A stretch of DNA of 63,951 nt, filler included, from Octopus bimaculoides (lineage: Eukaryota): assembly GCF_001194135.2 (NCBI RefSeq). It is 7 parts of 7 records of this genome, joined end to end, with 100 filler letters (N's around TTAATTAATTAA, not from the genome) between each part and the next. Parts side by side here need not be neighbours in the genome. Positions count along the whole stretch, not along the records: positions 20,371 to 34,801 come from NW_026376563.1; positions 34,902 to 39,161 come from NC_069004.1; 5 more parts are not named here. One strand, written 5' to 3'. The position numbers were made by a program, and so were the translations under genes. How positions within the stretch are numbered: the stretch's first letter is position 1; the number at the start of each line of letters is the position of its first letter. The notes beneath the pieces are model-generated. The model was not told where the DNA came from and did no database searches. It saw only the letters and a list, made by a program, of their open reading frames with translations. Below, piece by piece: positions 25,186 to 38,560 of this stretch.

Positions 25186-25608
25186 ACATGCACGAATATG
25201 TTGTTAAACAACCATTAATACATATTCGCGCAGACACACGCTCAATTACACGTGTGAAGGTGCAGAGGTACAAGTATATATGTACGTACGTATGTATGTA
25301 TGTATGCATGGATGGATGCATGCATGCGTGCATGTATGTGTGTATATATGTATATATGTATATATATATGTGTGTGTAATGTGTGTGTGTGTGTGTGTAT
25401 GTGTGTGTGTATAGACATATATATGTATATATATATACATATATGTGTGTGTGTGTGTGTGTACATCGCAAACCTGAAACACATGCATTTATACATATAC
25501 ATGAAAACATGAGCTTATATACACACAATGATATACACAATCACACACACACGCATACACTCAATTACACAGATATACATGCTCAGAACGTTTATTAATA
25601 TGCATGGG

Positions 25609-25653
<45 letters not shown>

Positions 25654-26097
25654 TCACGCGCCCGCATACATACACATACACACACAGACACGTATACTCA
25701 GACGTTTGAACTTAAGAATCGGCATATAAATATACACCCAAACGTATACAGCTTCATGCAGTTATATACACACAAAAATATTCACTCAAGCAAAAGCTGG
25801 TTTTCCACTCAACCTCTCTGGCCATATCTTTTTACCACACACACACAAACACGCACAAACACACAGACTTGGATATTGAGTGATGCACACACACATGCAT
25901 ACACAAACACCTATACACCTAGATACATAAGTATACATTTATATATATATATGTATGTATGTATGTATATGTATATATATACATATATATATATCTGTGT
26001 GTGTGTGTTTATATATATGTATATATCTGTGTGTGTATATATATGTATATATATGTATATATATAAAACTGTGTATATATATATCTGTGTGTGGGTG

Positions 26098-26136
<39 letters not shown>

Positions 26137-26935
26137 GTGTGGGTGTATATATATACACACACATGTATATATACATAAATATANNNNNNNNNNNNNNNNN
26201 NNNNNNNNNNNNNNNNNNNNNNNNNNNNNNNNNNNNNNNNNNNNNNNNNNNNNNNNNNNNNNNNNNNNNNNNNNNNNNNNNNNNNNNNNNNNNNNNNNNN
26301 NNNNNNNNNNNNNNNNNNNNNNNNNNNNNNNNNNNNNNNNNNNNNNNNNNNNNNNNNNNNNNNNNNNNNNNNNNNNNNNNNNNNNNNNNNNNNNNNNNNN
26401 NNNNNNNNNNNNNNNNNNNNNNNNNNNNNNNNNNNNNNNNNNNNNNNNNNNNNNNNNNNNNNNNNNNNNNNNNNNNNNNNNNNNNNNNNNNNNNNNNNNN
26501 NNNNNNNNNNNNNNNNNNNNNNNNNNNNNNNNNNNNNNNNNNNNNNNNNNNNNNNNNNNNNNNNNNNNNNNNNNNNNNNNNNNNNNNNNNNNNNNNNNNN
26601 NNNNNNNNNNNNNNNNNNNNNNNNNNNNNNNNNNNNNNNNNNNNNNNNNNNNNNNNNNNNNNNNNNNNNNNNNNNNNNNNNNNNNNNNNNNNNNNNNNNN
26701 NNNNNNNNNNNNNNNNNNNNNNNNNNNNNNNNNNNNNNNNNNACGGTGACAGAATTCATTGTGTTATCTGGGACATTCAAAGGACGGCTAGGCCTTAAAG
26801 AATAAAGAACATATTTATTTCTTTTGGCTAGTCTGAAGTCTTGTTCGGTAATGAGAAAATATCTACTTCATATAATTGGCTACGATGTCTCTCACTCTCT
26901 CACAAATGTGGCTGCAATGTCTGTGTCAGAATACA

Positions 26936-27213
26936 GGCGCAGGAATGGTTGTGTGGTTGCAAAGCTCATTTTGCAGTCGCCTGGTTTTGGGTTCGGTCTC
27001 AATGAATGGCACTTTGAGACAGTGACTTCCACTAATTGCTTAGTGGTAGTTCGTATGTCTTTACGTTCTGAGTTCAAATTCCGCCGAGGTCGATTTTGCC
27101 TTTCATCCGTTCTCGGTCAATAAATTAAGTACCAGTTACCTACTAGGGTCTATCTAGTTGACTGGCCCCCTCCCCCCCAAATTTCGGGCCTTGTGCCAAG
27201 AGTAGAAAAGAAT
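26936..27213 (+). mobile_element. SINE-C head (26936-27034) joined to a SINE-B 3' portion (27037-27213)
   Basis: ggcgcaggaatggttgtgtgg...ggcactttgagacagtgacttccacta runs directly into tgcttagtggtagttcg...gagttcaaattccgccgagg...agtagaaaagaat. Confidence 0.65.
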
Positions 27214-27436
27214 ATAGCTTCAGTTATTTTGAGGTAACTCAGTCCTGACAATTAATATCAATATATAATGAATGTATAGGCGTTTGATTCCGTCATACCA
27301 GAACTAAATTATTGATTGCTATTGAAAAAGTAATTCATAGACAATTGTGACAAATATTTGCATTGAATTCTTACGTTATATCGTCTAAAGATTATTCAAA
27401 AACTATTCTAGACATGCGACTTCAAATCACGGTGTA

Positions 27437-28453
27437 CGAGGTGCTACTAGAATGTTCCAGAACTAGTTATGTTTAATAAAAGATAATTTATTTACCTATT
27501 TTTTAATATAAGGTCACCTTGCACAGCAATACACCGGTCCCAGCGGTCCCGCCACCTTTGGAATCCGGCCTGGAAGTCGTTTTTCGTAAGTGTGTTTAGG
27601 GTTTTCTGCGATTCGCTCTTCATCTCGGTAACGGTGTTAAAACGGCGACCTATAAACTGCATTTTGGGGATGAGACGGGAGTCCGCCGGTGCTAAATCTG
27701 GCGAATAAGGCGGGTGCGCAAGCGATACCATGCTGTCTTTTGGCGAGAAACTCGCGAGTGAAGGGAGCTTGGTGACAGGGTGCAGTGCCGTCGTGAAGAA
27801 TCCAGTTCTTCACGCTCCACAGATCCGGTCTCTTTCACCAAATGTCCTGCCTCAAGAGCTTCAAAACGTCGCAGCAGAATTCTAGATTGACGGTCTGGTC
27901 ATGGGGCACAAATTCTCGATGCACAATACCACGGATGTCGAAAAAAAACCATGAGTACGCCCTTGATTGAGCTGCGGCTCTGTCGTGCCTTCTTTGGTCC
28001 GGGAGATAAAGGCCTTTTCCATTGTGACCAACTGCTGCTTCGTCTCAGAGTCGTACCCGTAGACCCAACTCTCGTCACCGACGATGACCCACGACATGAA
28101 GAGTAAGTCATCAGCGGCATGCTGACAGAGATCTTGACAGACATCGGCGTGACGTTCTTTCTGCTCAGTGGTCACACCGCATGTTCAGTTCAGACGATAG
28201 AATTGCCTGCACGGGCCCATACGACAGAACAACAACATCAGCATTATCGTTAATCCGACGATCTTCATGCACAAGCTGATGAATTTCCTCCATATTTCCG
28301 GGTGTGACGCTCGTGGAAGGTTTTCCAGATCGCTCGTCGTTTTCCAAGGAAAAAACTTCCGAAACATTGCGTACGACCCATTGCCACGTCACCGTAAGCT
28401 TGCCGAAACCTACTCAATGGCTCCGTAGCAGACTTCTTAAGTTTAACGCAAAG
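27437..28453 (-). pseudogene. Mariner (DD34D) transposase remnant with 3' TIR; 5' end lost
   Basis: TA-CGAGGTGCTACTAGAATG terminus. Minus-strand FCVKLKKSATE, DERSGKPST, GDESWVYGYD, WILHDGTAPCH and HPPYSPDLAPAD, with frameshifts and deletions. Confidence 0.9.
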
Positions 28454-28992
28454 TGGCTTCTGATCTTAACTGATTGGAAATGTTTTCGTGTACATTGTTT
28501 TGTCTTGGTATAAAAAATGGGCTACAGCAAATATTCTGCTCAATACCACAGATCTGCTTGTCAGTTGTTTGACCTTAACCAGTTGGGCATGTCCCTTGGT
28601 GGCTGATGATATGTGCATCTCTGATCATGAGCAGAAGTAGTGGGGGAACATCATAGCCATGTGTTGACAGGAATACTTTGGGGTTTGAATAATTCACCTT
28701 TGGAAACATGGGTGTTTTGCTCAACATTCTTAAACAAACTTTATTCAAGGACCTTTTGAGTGGGATGGGCTACCCGACTTGAAAAAAATTCTAACTGGGC
28801 CCCACCTTCGAGGTCTTGCGCTATTTATCCTGATATGAGATCACCATGTCGCGCACATATAGTTGTGATGCATGTGCCTGGTGTACCCTTATCAGACGGG
28901 TAGTCATGATGGGTATATTGGGCTTCGTATATTATACCCCAGTGTCACTTTGTTGCACTGCTCTCTCACTCAATAGTAATAATAATAATAAT
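28454..28992 (+). mobile_element. Unclassified ~560-bp repeat E, copy 1 (5'-truncated), (AAT)n tail
   Basis: High identity by eye to 30241-30810; ends ctctcactc-aatagtaataat. Confidence 0.8.
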
Positions 28993-29113
28993 CCTTTCTA
29001 CTGGAAGCACAAGGCCTCAAATTTGGGGAAAGAGATTAAGTCGATTACATCGACCCCAGTGCGTAACTGGTACCTATTTAATCGACCTCGAAAGGATGAA
29101 AGGCAAAGTCGAC
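28993..29113 (-). mobile_element. SINE-B 3' portion
   Basis: Reverse complement of the SINE-B central domain and tail (agtagaaaggattattatt). Confidence 0.8.
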
Positions 29114-29170
<57 letters not shown>

Positions 29171-29174
<4 letters not shown>

Positions 29175-30090
29175 TGAGGAGCGGTGGAGCCAGAAGCCTC
29201 TACATGGACAGTACATACTTCGAAGCCGAAAAGCTGATGTAGACCAAGCAACCACCAATCAGTGATTGAGAAGCTCAAGACTGAAAGCAGAGACTGAAGA
29301 TTTCATATTAGAGGCACAAGACCAAAGCCTGCTTACCAAAAACTACCAGGCTAATGGTCTTCAAAACGGTCCTGACCCTAAAAGCAGATTCTGCGATACA
29401 TTTGACGGAACAATAGACCATCTATTCTCGGAATGTCCTGTGCTGACACCAAACGAATACAAAAATAGCCACAATAGTGTAAGACAGTATTTACATTGGA
29501 AAATATGTAAGCACTACAAAATCAACACTCCTGCTTACTGGTATGAACATCATCTTGGGCCAGTCGTTGAAAGTAAAAATGTCAGTATCCTCTGGGATTT
29601 TACAGTCAACATCGACAGAATGATCCAGGTTAATGGGCCAGGTATAGTCATTAAAGACTGGGAAGAAAATATTGTAAACTAATAGATGTAATTGTTCCCA
29701 CTGATAAAAATATATCTGTAAAGGAATTTGACAAATTAAGTAAATATAAAGACCTGGAAATTGAAATACAAACGATGTGGCATCTTAAAGCGAGAACTGT
29801 TCCTGTTATTGTGGGTGCCCGAGATATGATAAGAAAGGGTTGTCAAAAATATCTAGATACTATCCCAGGAGAACCTTGACTCAGAGAAATCAAAAAGATT
29901 GTGCTAACAAGTACTACCCACGTCCTTAGAAAAACCCTATCGATTTAAATGTCTGTGGTATATTACATGAAGATATTTTGCTACTTCCCCTGCCACTTGC
30001 CCTCACCAAGCTCTCAGTCATACTATAACATCTCTTATCTTTCAATCACCCTAGGACGCAGGGTGTGTCTCGGCAAGTGATTGTAAGAAA
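29171..30090 (+). pseudogene. 5'-truncated Dong/R4-clade LINE (zinc knuckle, RLE endonuclease, 3'UTR)
   Basis: WSQKPLHGQY; LKAETEDFILEAQDQSL; FCDTFDGTIDHLFSEC; ILWDF...GPGIVIKD (PD mutated); LIDV; KYKDLEIEI; STTHVLRKTLSI* (stop at 29946-29948). Preceded by (AAT)n at 29114-29169. Confidence 0.9.
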
Positions 30091-30150
30091 CAGACGAAAT
30101 ACCGCTAGGCATTTCGTCCAATGCGCTAACGATTCTGCCAGCTCACCGCC

Positions 30151-30152
<2 letters not shown>
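30091..30152 (-). mobile_element. SINE-B 5' head
   Basis: cagacgaaataccgctaggcatttcg...gctaacgattctgccagctcaccgcctt, followed by (AAT)n at 30153-30238. Confidence 0.8.
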
Positions 30153-30240
<88 letters not shown>

Positions 30241-30810
30241 TCCCGGATGCAGTACCAGGCAGTGGCTCTCATGGCTTCTGATCTTAATTGGTTGGAAGTG
30301 TTATCATGCGCATTTTTTTTTTCTTGGTATAAAAAGATGGGCTACAGCAAATATTCTGCTCAATACCATAGATTTGCTTGTCAGTTGTTTGACCTTAACC
30401 AGTTGAGCATGTCCCTTGGTGGCTGACGATATGTGCATCTCTGATCATGAACAGAAGTAGTGGAGGACCATCATCATAGCCATGTGTTGAGAGGAATTCT
30501 TTGGGGTTTGAATAATTCACCTTTGGAAACATGGGCGTTTTGTTCAACATCCTTAAACAAGCCTCATTCAGGGACCTTTTGAGCAGGATGGGCTACCCGA
30601 CCTGAAGAAAATTCTAACTGGGCCCCACCTGCGAGGTCATGCGCTGTTTATCTTGATATGAGATCACCATGTCGCGCACATATGGTTGTGATGCATGTGC
30701 CTGGTGTACCCTTATCAGACAGGTAGTCATGGTGGGTATATTGGGCTTCGTATATTTTACCTCAGTGTCACTTTGATGGCATGCATTGCTCTCTCACTCA
30801 ATAATAATAA
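30241..30810 (+). mobile_element. Unclassified repeat E, copy 2, flanked by (AAT)n on both sides
   Basis: Homologous to 28454-28992. Confidence 0.8.
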
Positions 30811-31216
30811 AAAGATCTTGAAATAGAAATTGGCAAAATGTGGAACCTCAAGACTAAAACAATACTAGTTGTCATAGGTGCCCTAGGAATGATAGCAAAC
30901 CTTTTCCTACCTAGCTCAGATACCAGGAAACCCCCAAATGACAGAAATTCAAAAGATAGGGCTCATCGGAACTGCCCATATCCTATGTAAAATACTATCT
31001 ATGTAATCTCAAATTTTAAAACAATCGTATAATTTTCTTATGTTTTCGTAAACATTCTCTAGAACAATACTTTGTGCAAAACCAAATATATGCCACCCTA
31101 GGCATAACACCAACAAGAACTTCTAACTTGTTGTCTCTTGAGGTCTCTGGGTGAGACTTGAAGTCAACTTGTACAAAAACAAAGCAAAAGTCAAACATAT
31201 AACAGTAATAATAATC

Positions 31217-31260
<44 letters not shown>
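30811..31260 (+). pseudogene. Second short 5'-truncated Dong/R4 LINE end (different subfamily) with (AAT)n tail
   Basis: KDLEIEIGKMWNLKTKTILVVIGALGMI, frameshift, YLAQIPGNPQMTEIQKIGLIGTAHILCKILSM* (stop at 31004-31006). Its 3'UTR differs from the 29171 copy. Confidence 0.88.
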
Positions 31261-31538
31261 TCTCCGGAAAATAAATTTCACTACGATGATTTATCGTGAG
31301 GAATGAAATATCCAGCACTTAGTACGCTAATGCTTCTACATAGAAAGAGAATATAGCAGAGATATTCAAACTGGTCGGCTATTCATAACATCTACTCCCA
31401 ACAATGAACTTTCACTTGACTTGTCTCGAATTTTCATTTTATTTCCAAAGACACATTAGATAATATTCTCCTTGGTACATAACTGTATTTGACGGCATAC
31501 AAGACGTTTTTTTTTTTGTTTTTTTGTTTTTATTAAAG

Positions 31539-31721
31539 TGGCAGAAACGTTAGTACACCGGGCGAAATGCTTAGCGGTATTTCGTCTGCTGCTACGTTCT
31601 GAGTTCAAATTCCGCCGAGGTAGACTTAGCCTTTCATCCTTTCGGGGTCGATTAAATAAGTACTAGTTACCCACTGGGGTTGATGTGATCGACTTAATCC
31701 CTTTGTCTGTCCTTGTTTGTC
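31539..31721 (+). mobile_element. SINE-B first monomer, cut by gap
   Basis: Matches 55920-56100. Confidence 0.85.
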
Positions 31722-31731
31722 NNNNNNNNNN

Positions 31732-31792
31732 TGAATCCAGAACCCTCCGGCCTGCAAGCAAACCTCTTACCACATAGCTGCATATACGCCTA
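31732..31792 (-). mobile_element. Degenerate SINE-C head
   Basis: gcaagcaaacctcttaccacatagctgcatatacgcc resembles the reverse complement of the SINE-C 5' end. Confidence 0.5.
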
Positions 31793-32168
31793 TATATCGA
31801 GAGTATTTGACAGAGTTTAGAACATGAGAGACGATAGGTCACAATAGAAGTTCCTTACAAAAGATGTGTGGCAGGACAGACGATATATGTGTCAAGCCCT
31901 CAGTTCCTAATAGAATCCAAGAGAAAAGAGGAAACGCCATGCCATGAGACACATTGAGTTTTGGTCACCTTGCTGAGCCCGTCCTTCTCCTGGTCTCACA
32001 CTGTTGAAACTTTTTCACAGAGAGAGAGAGAGAGAAGTAGATTCAGAGAGAAAGATAAAAGATCGACCTCAGTAATAGATATTTCTACCAGAGCCTTATT
32101 ACTCCTGAAGGAAGAACCCCTCTCAGGACTCCTTCACGTAGCGGATGAGGTCACCTCGCCATCTTGAG

Positions 32169-32312
32169 GTCCCCGTCACTTAGCGATTCGGCAAAAGAAA
32201 CCGATAGAATAAGTACTAAGCTTACAAAGAATAAATCCCGGGGTCGATTTGCTCGACTAAAGGCGGTGCTCCAGCATGGCCGCAGTCAAATGACTGAAAC
32301 AAGTAAAAGAGT
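32169..32312 (+). mobile_element. SINE-C 3' fragment
   Basis: Near-identical to 15035-15175. Confidence 0.85.
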
Positions 32313-34143
32313 AAGGAATATTGTTATTATTTTGTTTTCTTTATGTTTTCATTCTTTTCTCTTTCTTTTTCCTCTTGTTCATTTTTCCCTTGTTTCATTA
32401 TCATCGTCATCACCATCATCATCATTACAAACATTTTCGTTTTTTATTTTGTTTCGTTTGATTTTTTTGTTTTTCTTTCCTTCATTCATTCTACTCGTTC
32501 TCGTGCCCGATACTTTCGTTCCTCACTCATTCTTCATTTATTTCTCTGTCTCCCTTTTCTTCGTCGTCGTCTTTCTTTCCTCTTTCACATTCATTTTTTT
32601 CTTCCTTCTTTCTGTCTTCATTTTCCTTCTATTATCTCCTTCATTGTCGAATCTTCCACATCTTTTAAATCTCATTATTTCATTCCATTTACTCCTCATT
32701 TCTTCTTCCAGTTTTCCCTTATCCTATTCTTACCCTCTATTTCCCCATCTTCTTTTGACTTTTTTCCTTCTACCTTTTTCTTCTTCTTTTCTCCAAATGT
32801 ATTTCCCTTCTTCGTGTCTTCATCTCATCCGCCATCTTCTCTACTCCAATTGCAATTTTTTTTACCTCTCTCTTCCTTCTCCTTATCTTCCCCCATTCCC
32901 ACGCATCAAAGTCACATATACACTGACACACTCGCACGTACACAGGCATGTAAAAACACACTCATATACAGACAGTCACTCACGCACACACAGACATACA
33001 TACATACCTAGACACACATTCACATGCCCATGCACACACATACACACATACACGAAAATATATCTACATACGTACATATGTACGTACGTACATAAATTCA
33101 TACATACCTACAATTATATATATATATATACTTATATATATGTATGTATATATATACATATAGATATATGCATGCATGTACACACACACACATATATATA
33201 TAAATATATATATGTACATTTATACATATNNNNNNNNNNNNNNNNNNNNNNNNNNNNNNNNNNNNNNNNNNNNNNNNNNNNNNNNNNNNNNNNNNNNNNN
33301 NNNNNNNNNNNNNNNNNNNNNNNNNNNNNNNNNNNNNNNNNNNNNNNNNNNNNNNNNNNNNNNNNNNNNNNNNNNNNNNNNNNNNNNNNNNNNNNNNNNN
33401 NNNNNNNNNNNNNNNNNNNNNNNNNNNNNNNNNNNNNNNNNNNNNNNNNNNNNNNNNNNNNNNNNNNNNNNNNNNNNNNNNNNNNNNNNNNNNNNNNNNN
33501 NNNNNNNNNNNNNNNNNNNNNNNNNNNNNNNNNNNNNNNNNNNNNNNNNNNNNNNNNNNNNNNNNNNNNNNNNNNNNNNNNNNNNNNNNNNNNNNNNNNN
33601 NNNNNNNNNNNNNNNNNNNNNNNNNNNNNNNNNNNNNNNNNNNNNNNNNNNNNNNNNNNNNNNNNNNNNNNNNNNNNNNNNNNNNNNNNNNNNNNNNNNN
33701 NNNNNNNNNNNNNNNNNNNNNNNNNNNNNNNNNNNNNNNNNNNNNNNNNNNNNNNNNNNNNNNNNNNNNNNNNNNNNNNNNNNNNNNNNNNNNNNNNNNN
33801 NNNNNNNNNNNNNNNNNNNNNNNNNNNNNNNNNNNNNNNNNNNNNNNNNNNNNNNNNNNNNNNNNNNNNNNNNNNNNNNNNNNNNNNNNNNNNNNNNNNN
33901 NNNNNNNNNNNNNNNNNNNNNNNNNNNNNNNNNNNNNNNNNNNNNNNNNNNNNNNNNNNNNNNNNNNNNNNNNNNNNNNNNNNNNNNNNNNNNNNNNNNN
34001 NNNNNNNNNNNNNNNNNNNNNNNNNNNNNNNNNNNNNNNNNNNNNNNNNNNNNNNNNNNNNNNNNNNNNNNNNNNNNNNNNNNNNNNNNNNNNNNNNNNN
34101 NNNNNNNNNNNNNNNNNNNNNNNNNNNNNNNNNNNNNNNNNNN

Positions 34144-34183
<40 letters not shown>

Positions 34184-34621
34184 TCACACACCATGCCCCT
34201 CCATTTTGGTGTGTGACGTCATAAATTCTACAGCCGGGTTTTCAAACACAGCCCCTGCCCCCACAAAGAGAAATATTTAATAAAACAAACCTACCAGTGC
34301 ATGTGCGTATGTCCCCTAACAGAACAGTCTCTGTTGCTCCCTTCCAGCCCCTGTCTTAGACCAACTCCCTAGACTTTCAAGACGAGGAGACCATTTCTAA
34401 TCATTTTCTAATTTTTTCTTTCTTTTTATTTACTTATTTCCTTATTTATTTTTGGCATTTTAAAACTATTTCTTGTAATGTTTGGTTATTTACTCTACTC
34501 TATTTCTCCTTCCCATCTTTAGGTTCGTTAAACTCTGTAGACGCCGAAATATGTGTGTACGCATGTATGTATGTATGTATGTATGTATGTATGTATGTAT
34601 GTATGTACGTACATATGTATA

Positions 34622-34801
34622 CTCTTACTCTTTTACTCTTTTACTTGTTTCAGTCATTTGACTGTGGCCATGCTGGAGCACCGCCTTTATTCGAGCAAAT
34701 CGACCCCAGTACTTCTTCTTTGTAAGCCTAGTACTTATTCTATCGGTCTTCTTTTGCCAAACCGCTAAGTAACGGGGACGTAAACACACCAGCATCGGTT
34801 G
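34622..34801 (-). mobile_element. SINE-C 3' half, cut by gap
   Basis: Reverse complement of the SINE-C tail. Confidence 0.85.
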
Positions 34802-34942
34802 NNNNNNNNNNNNNNNNNNNNNNNNNNNNNNNNNNNNNNNNNNNNTTAATTAATTAANNNNNNNNNNNNNNNNNNNNNNNNNNNNNNNNNNNNNNNNNNN
34901 NACATATATATATATATATATATATATACATATGGCTCGCCA

Positions 34943-35003
<61 letters not shown>

Positions 35004-35739
35004 TATAGATAGGTAGATAGATATATAGATAGGTAGATAGATATATAGATAGGTAGATGGATAGATAGATAGATAGATAGATAGATGTTATACACACGCA
35101 CATATATATGTATATACATATATATATTTATTATAAAATAGGTACCGTTGTAACAGTAAGTCCAGCAGAGGAGTGCGTAAAGCGACAACTAAACTAAACA
35201 TACAGAATATAATGACGTATAATACAATGTAATAAAATATAATTAGCGCTATTTACAAGTTTAATACAATAAATATCTAGCATTAAGATAGGTAGATTGA
35301 TAGTGACTGCTATTATTTGAAAACACTAGATTCAACGAAAAAAAATTAATAAAAATACACAGCAAAATTAAAATAATGAGGGTGGTTACCTAGACGGAAA
35401 GTCATAGCAATACCTTCTCTAATTTATCTATCAATTTATCTACCGAATTTTAAATCCAAAATGGTAGACAGGACCACTAACATACGTGATATATAGATAA
35501 CAGAAACATACGCATATGTGTATGATATCATAATAACATAGACGCTGTCTTATGGACGTTTACAGTTATATAGTATCTATGTCATAGATGCCCCGCAAGC
35601 GTAGCTATCTGCGTACAACAGACGTTAACAGGGCAAAAGATATATGCTAACACATACAACCATTTACTTGCACATAGATATAAATAAAAAGTCACCATCA
35701 ACAAGAATTTATAAATACACACATATACATACGTGTGCG

Positions 35740-35835
35740 TGTGTGTGTGGTGAGAAGCTTGCTTCCCAATCACATGATTCCGAGTTCACTCCAACTGCGT
35801 GGCATCTTCGACTAGTGTCTTCTACTATAGCCTAT
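35740..35835 (+). mobile_element. SINE-C head fragment
   Basis: gtgtggtgagaagcttgcttcccaatcacatgattccgagttcactcc...gtgtcttctactatagcct. Confidence 0.7.
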
Positions 35836-36126
35836 TCTCTCATTTTGATGTCTTCATTTTATATATAGATGTTTGTGTATGTGCGTGCGTGTGTCTCTGT
35901 GTGTATGTATAATATGTATATGTAAAACAAGATAAAAAAAAACAACTAAAATTCAGCCATAGGACAATCATTGAGAAGGTCACAGATTTGTAGCGAAATA
36001 TTTTTTAAATCATTAAAATAAACTACAACCAATGCGTATATTTCGATTGGGAAAATACCTTCCTAGTATACAGTAACAATCTCTTTCTCTCCCTCCCCCC
36101 TCTCTATCTCTCTATTTATCTATCTC

Positions 36127-36174
<48 letters not shown>

Positions 36175-37008
36175 CCTAACTATCTACCTTTACACTCAAA
36201 CACAAACTCATGTGTATATATGTATGTATGTATGCATGTATATACGTACGTATGTAGTATGTATGTATAAATGTATATACATATATAGTCTCTTTTTAAT
36301 AATATTTTATACCGTCTGTGAAGCCAAACATTTAAATGCTCCTCTACAAAAATCTGCAAAGTGTCATTGACATTTTGAATTCTGTTGGAACTCTATTGCA
36401 TTTGAACGGTGGTTTCCTCCTAAGCTGAAAAACCTTCACACTGCCTCAGATTAAACTACGGGCCTCTATAGTTTCCATTGCACTTATAGCAATGATACGT
36501 TAATACGAAACTTCGAGGAACTAGATTTTCACGCAATGAAGATCTTTAAGAGTTTTTTCTTTTTTGTTTTTCGTTTCCTTTTTATTAATTTGCAGAAGAA
36601 CGGAAAGCTAATGTTCAGCTCAGATGCTTTGCCGATCATTCCAGCCATTGCTGAATATAAAATATAATGATTTTATAACACTAGCAGAAGACAATATAGT
36701 TTTAGAAAAACGAGAGAGGGACAACGGCCGCTTCAATCGACCTTAATTTACGGTTGACACGTTATTTAAGCATGAGAGGAAAGATCAGAGAGAAAGGAGA
36801 GATCAGCAGTATTTGAACGCAGTTACTAACGATTGTCAGATATTGTTCGTGTTCACTGACTTACCGACTCCACCATATGTTGCTCTATTTCAAGTCTTTT
36901 CTAAGATTAGGCCATCCATAAATTCTGCGAGATGGGTGTACATAACCGATTCAATTGATCCCTTCACTCGTTTGATATTTCGTTTGCATTCACCCTTCCA
37001 ATAATTAA

Positions 37009-37130
37009 GGCGGTGAATTAGGAGAAGCGTTAGCGCGTCAAACAAAATACTTCATGGCATTTGCACGGGCCCTTTGTGTTCTGAGTTTAAATTCTTCTGT
37101 GATCAATCTTGCTTTTCATAAAATAAAATG
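37009..37130 (+). mobile_element. Degenerate SINE-B head
   Basis: aggcggtgaatt...cgttagc...ttctgagtttaaattc...ttgcttttcat. Confidence 0.5.
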
Positions 37131-37147
37131 CCTGCCAAAAGATGGAA

Positions 37148-37290
37148 GAGTGGACTGGGTTAACGAGGGGATGAGGTGTTCAAGTGTTCTACTGAAGAGT
37201 ACATCGATCGCATTGCCTGGATCACGAATCGAAACCTGGACCTCCCGATAACGAGAGCAAATCCCGAACCAGTAGGCCACGTTCCTTCAC
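37148..37290 (-). mobile_element. Degenerate tRNA-headed SINE (family D-like)
   Basis: Minus strand GTGAAGGAACGTGGCCTACTGGTT...GGTTTCGATTCG (A/B boxes), followed by a gaacacttg...ccagtccactc domain. Confidence 0.55.
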
Positions 37291-37518
37291 CGAGGCTTAA
37301 CAACCAATATATTTAGAGGAGCAACGACCCCAAAACCAATTTAGACTTAGGCATTTCTTTTTCTCCTATGCTAAACAAAGTCCAATACTTATATCAATTT
37401 ATTCCAAGGAAACTTAACGGTGTCTAAATCATAAATGTTGGGAGACAACAATCGCTGATTCGATCAATACCGGCACTTAACTTCTTTTAATGACCCCCAA
37501 AACAAAAGGATACACTCA

Positions 37519-37623
<105 letters not shown>

Positions 37624-37668
37624 CCGACACTAGCAAGACATGAAGAAATAAAACCATAATTACCACAA

Positions 37669-37669
37669 A

Positions 37670-37727
<58 letters not shown>

Positions 37728-38057
37728 CATTATTATTATTATTATCAACATCATCATCATCATTATTGTTATTAATTTTTTTTTTTTACCGAACATGCCA
37801 GCAGCTCTGTTCTCCGTCTACCAACGCCAAATTTCAAATAATAATTTTTAGCAAATAATATAAAAGATATATTTATATTTAATATAGCAACAACAACAAC
37901 AACAACAACAACAATAACCCCCCCCACACACACACACACATTAAAAACTTTTAAAACAAGACAGAAAAAAGTTATGTCACCATTGAAGTAGTTCATCTAT
38001 TGATTTTTACTGAGAAAAAATTTATTACTACCACTACTATTATTATTATTATTATTA

Positions 38058-38116
<59 letters not shown>

Positions 38117-38312
38117 GTTGTTATCATTATAGTTATTATTATTATTATTATTTTCATTGTTATTATTTGTTTTGTTTCGTCTTTTGTTTTTATTTCATTT
38201 TTTGGTATGTTTAGTTTTAATTTACATTTATTTACTTTTCAGGATGTTTATTTTCATTCTCTGTTTACTACTTCTTCTTCTTATCATCACCATCATCAAC
38301 ATCATCATTATC

Positions 38313-38356
<44 letters not shown>

Positions 38357-38381
38357 TATTATCATTATTATTTTTATTATC

Positions 38382-38447
<66 letters not shown>

Positions 38448-38560
38448 CATTATTATTATTATTTATTATTATTATTATTTATTATTATTATCATTATTAT
38501 TATTTATTAACATTCTTCTTCTTCTTATTATTATTATTATTATTTATTATCATTATTTTG
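37669..38560. repeat. Compound (ATT)n/(CAT)n/(AAC)n trinucleotide tracts
   Basis: Direct observation; source of the poly-I/L/H/Y ORFs in the track. Confidence 0.9.

Noticed and set aside
32058-32148. Peptide KIDLSNRYFYQSLITPEGRTPLRTPSRSG resembling a Ty3/gypsy RT motif
   Set aside because: Under 30 aa, bounded by stops, with no neighbouring RT motifs or LTRs; likely coincidence.
32164-34224. 686-aa and other long ORFs (for example 6785-7792, 23493-24494, 58347-59573)
   Set aside because: They are made of N gaps, CA/TA/TCTA microsatellites and pyrimidine-rich low-complexity DNA with no protein-like content.
36596-36667. Strong acceptor (long pyrimidine tract plus TTGCAG) suggesting a terminal exon
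   Set aside because: All three frames stop within 24 codons, there is no donor, and T-rich tracts ending in AG are common in this genome.
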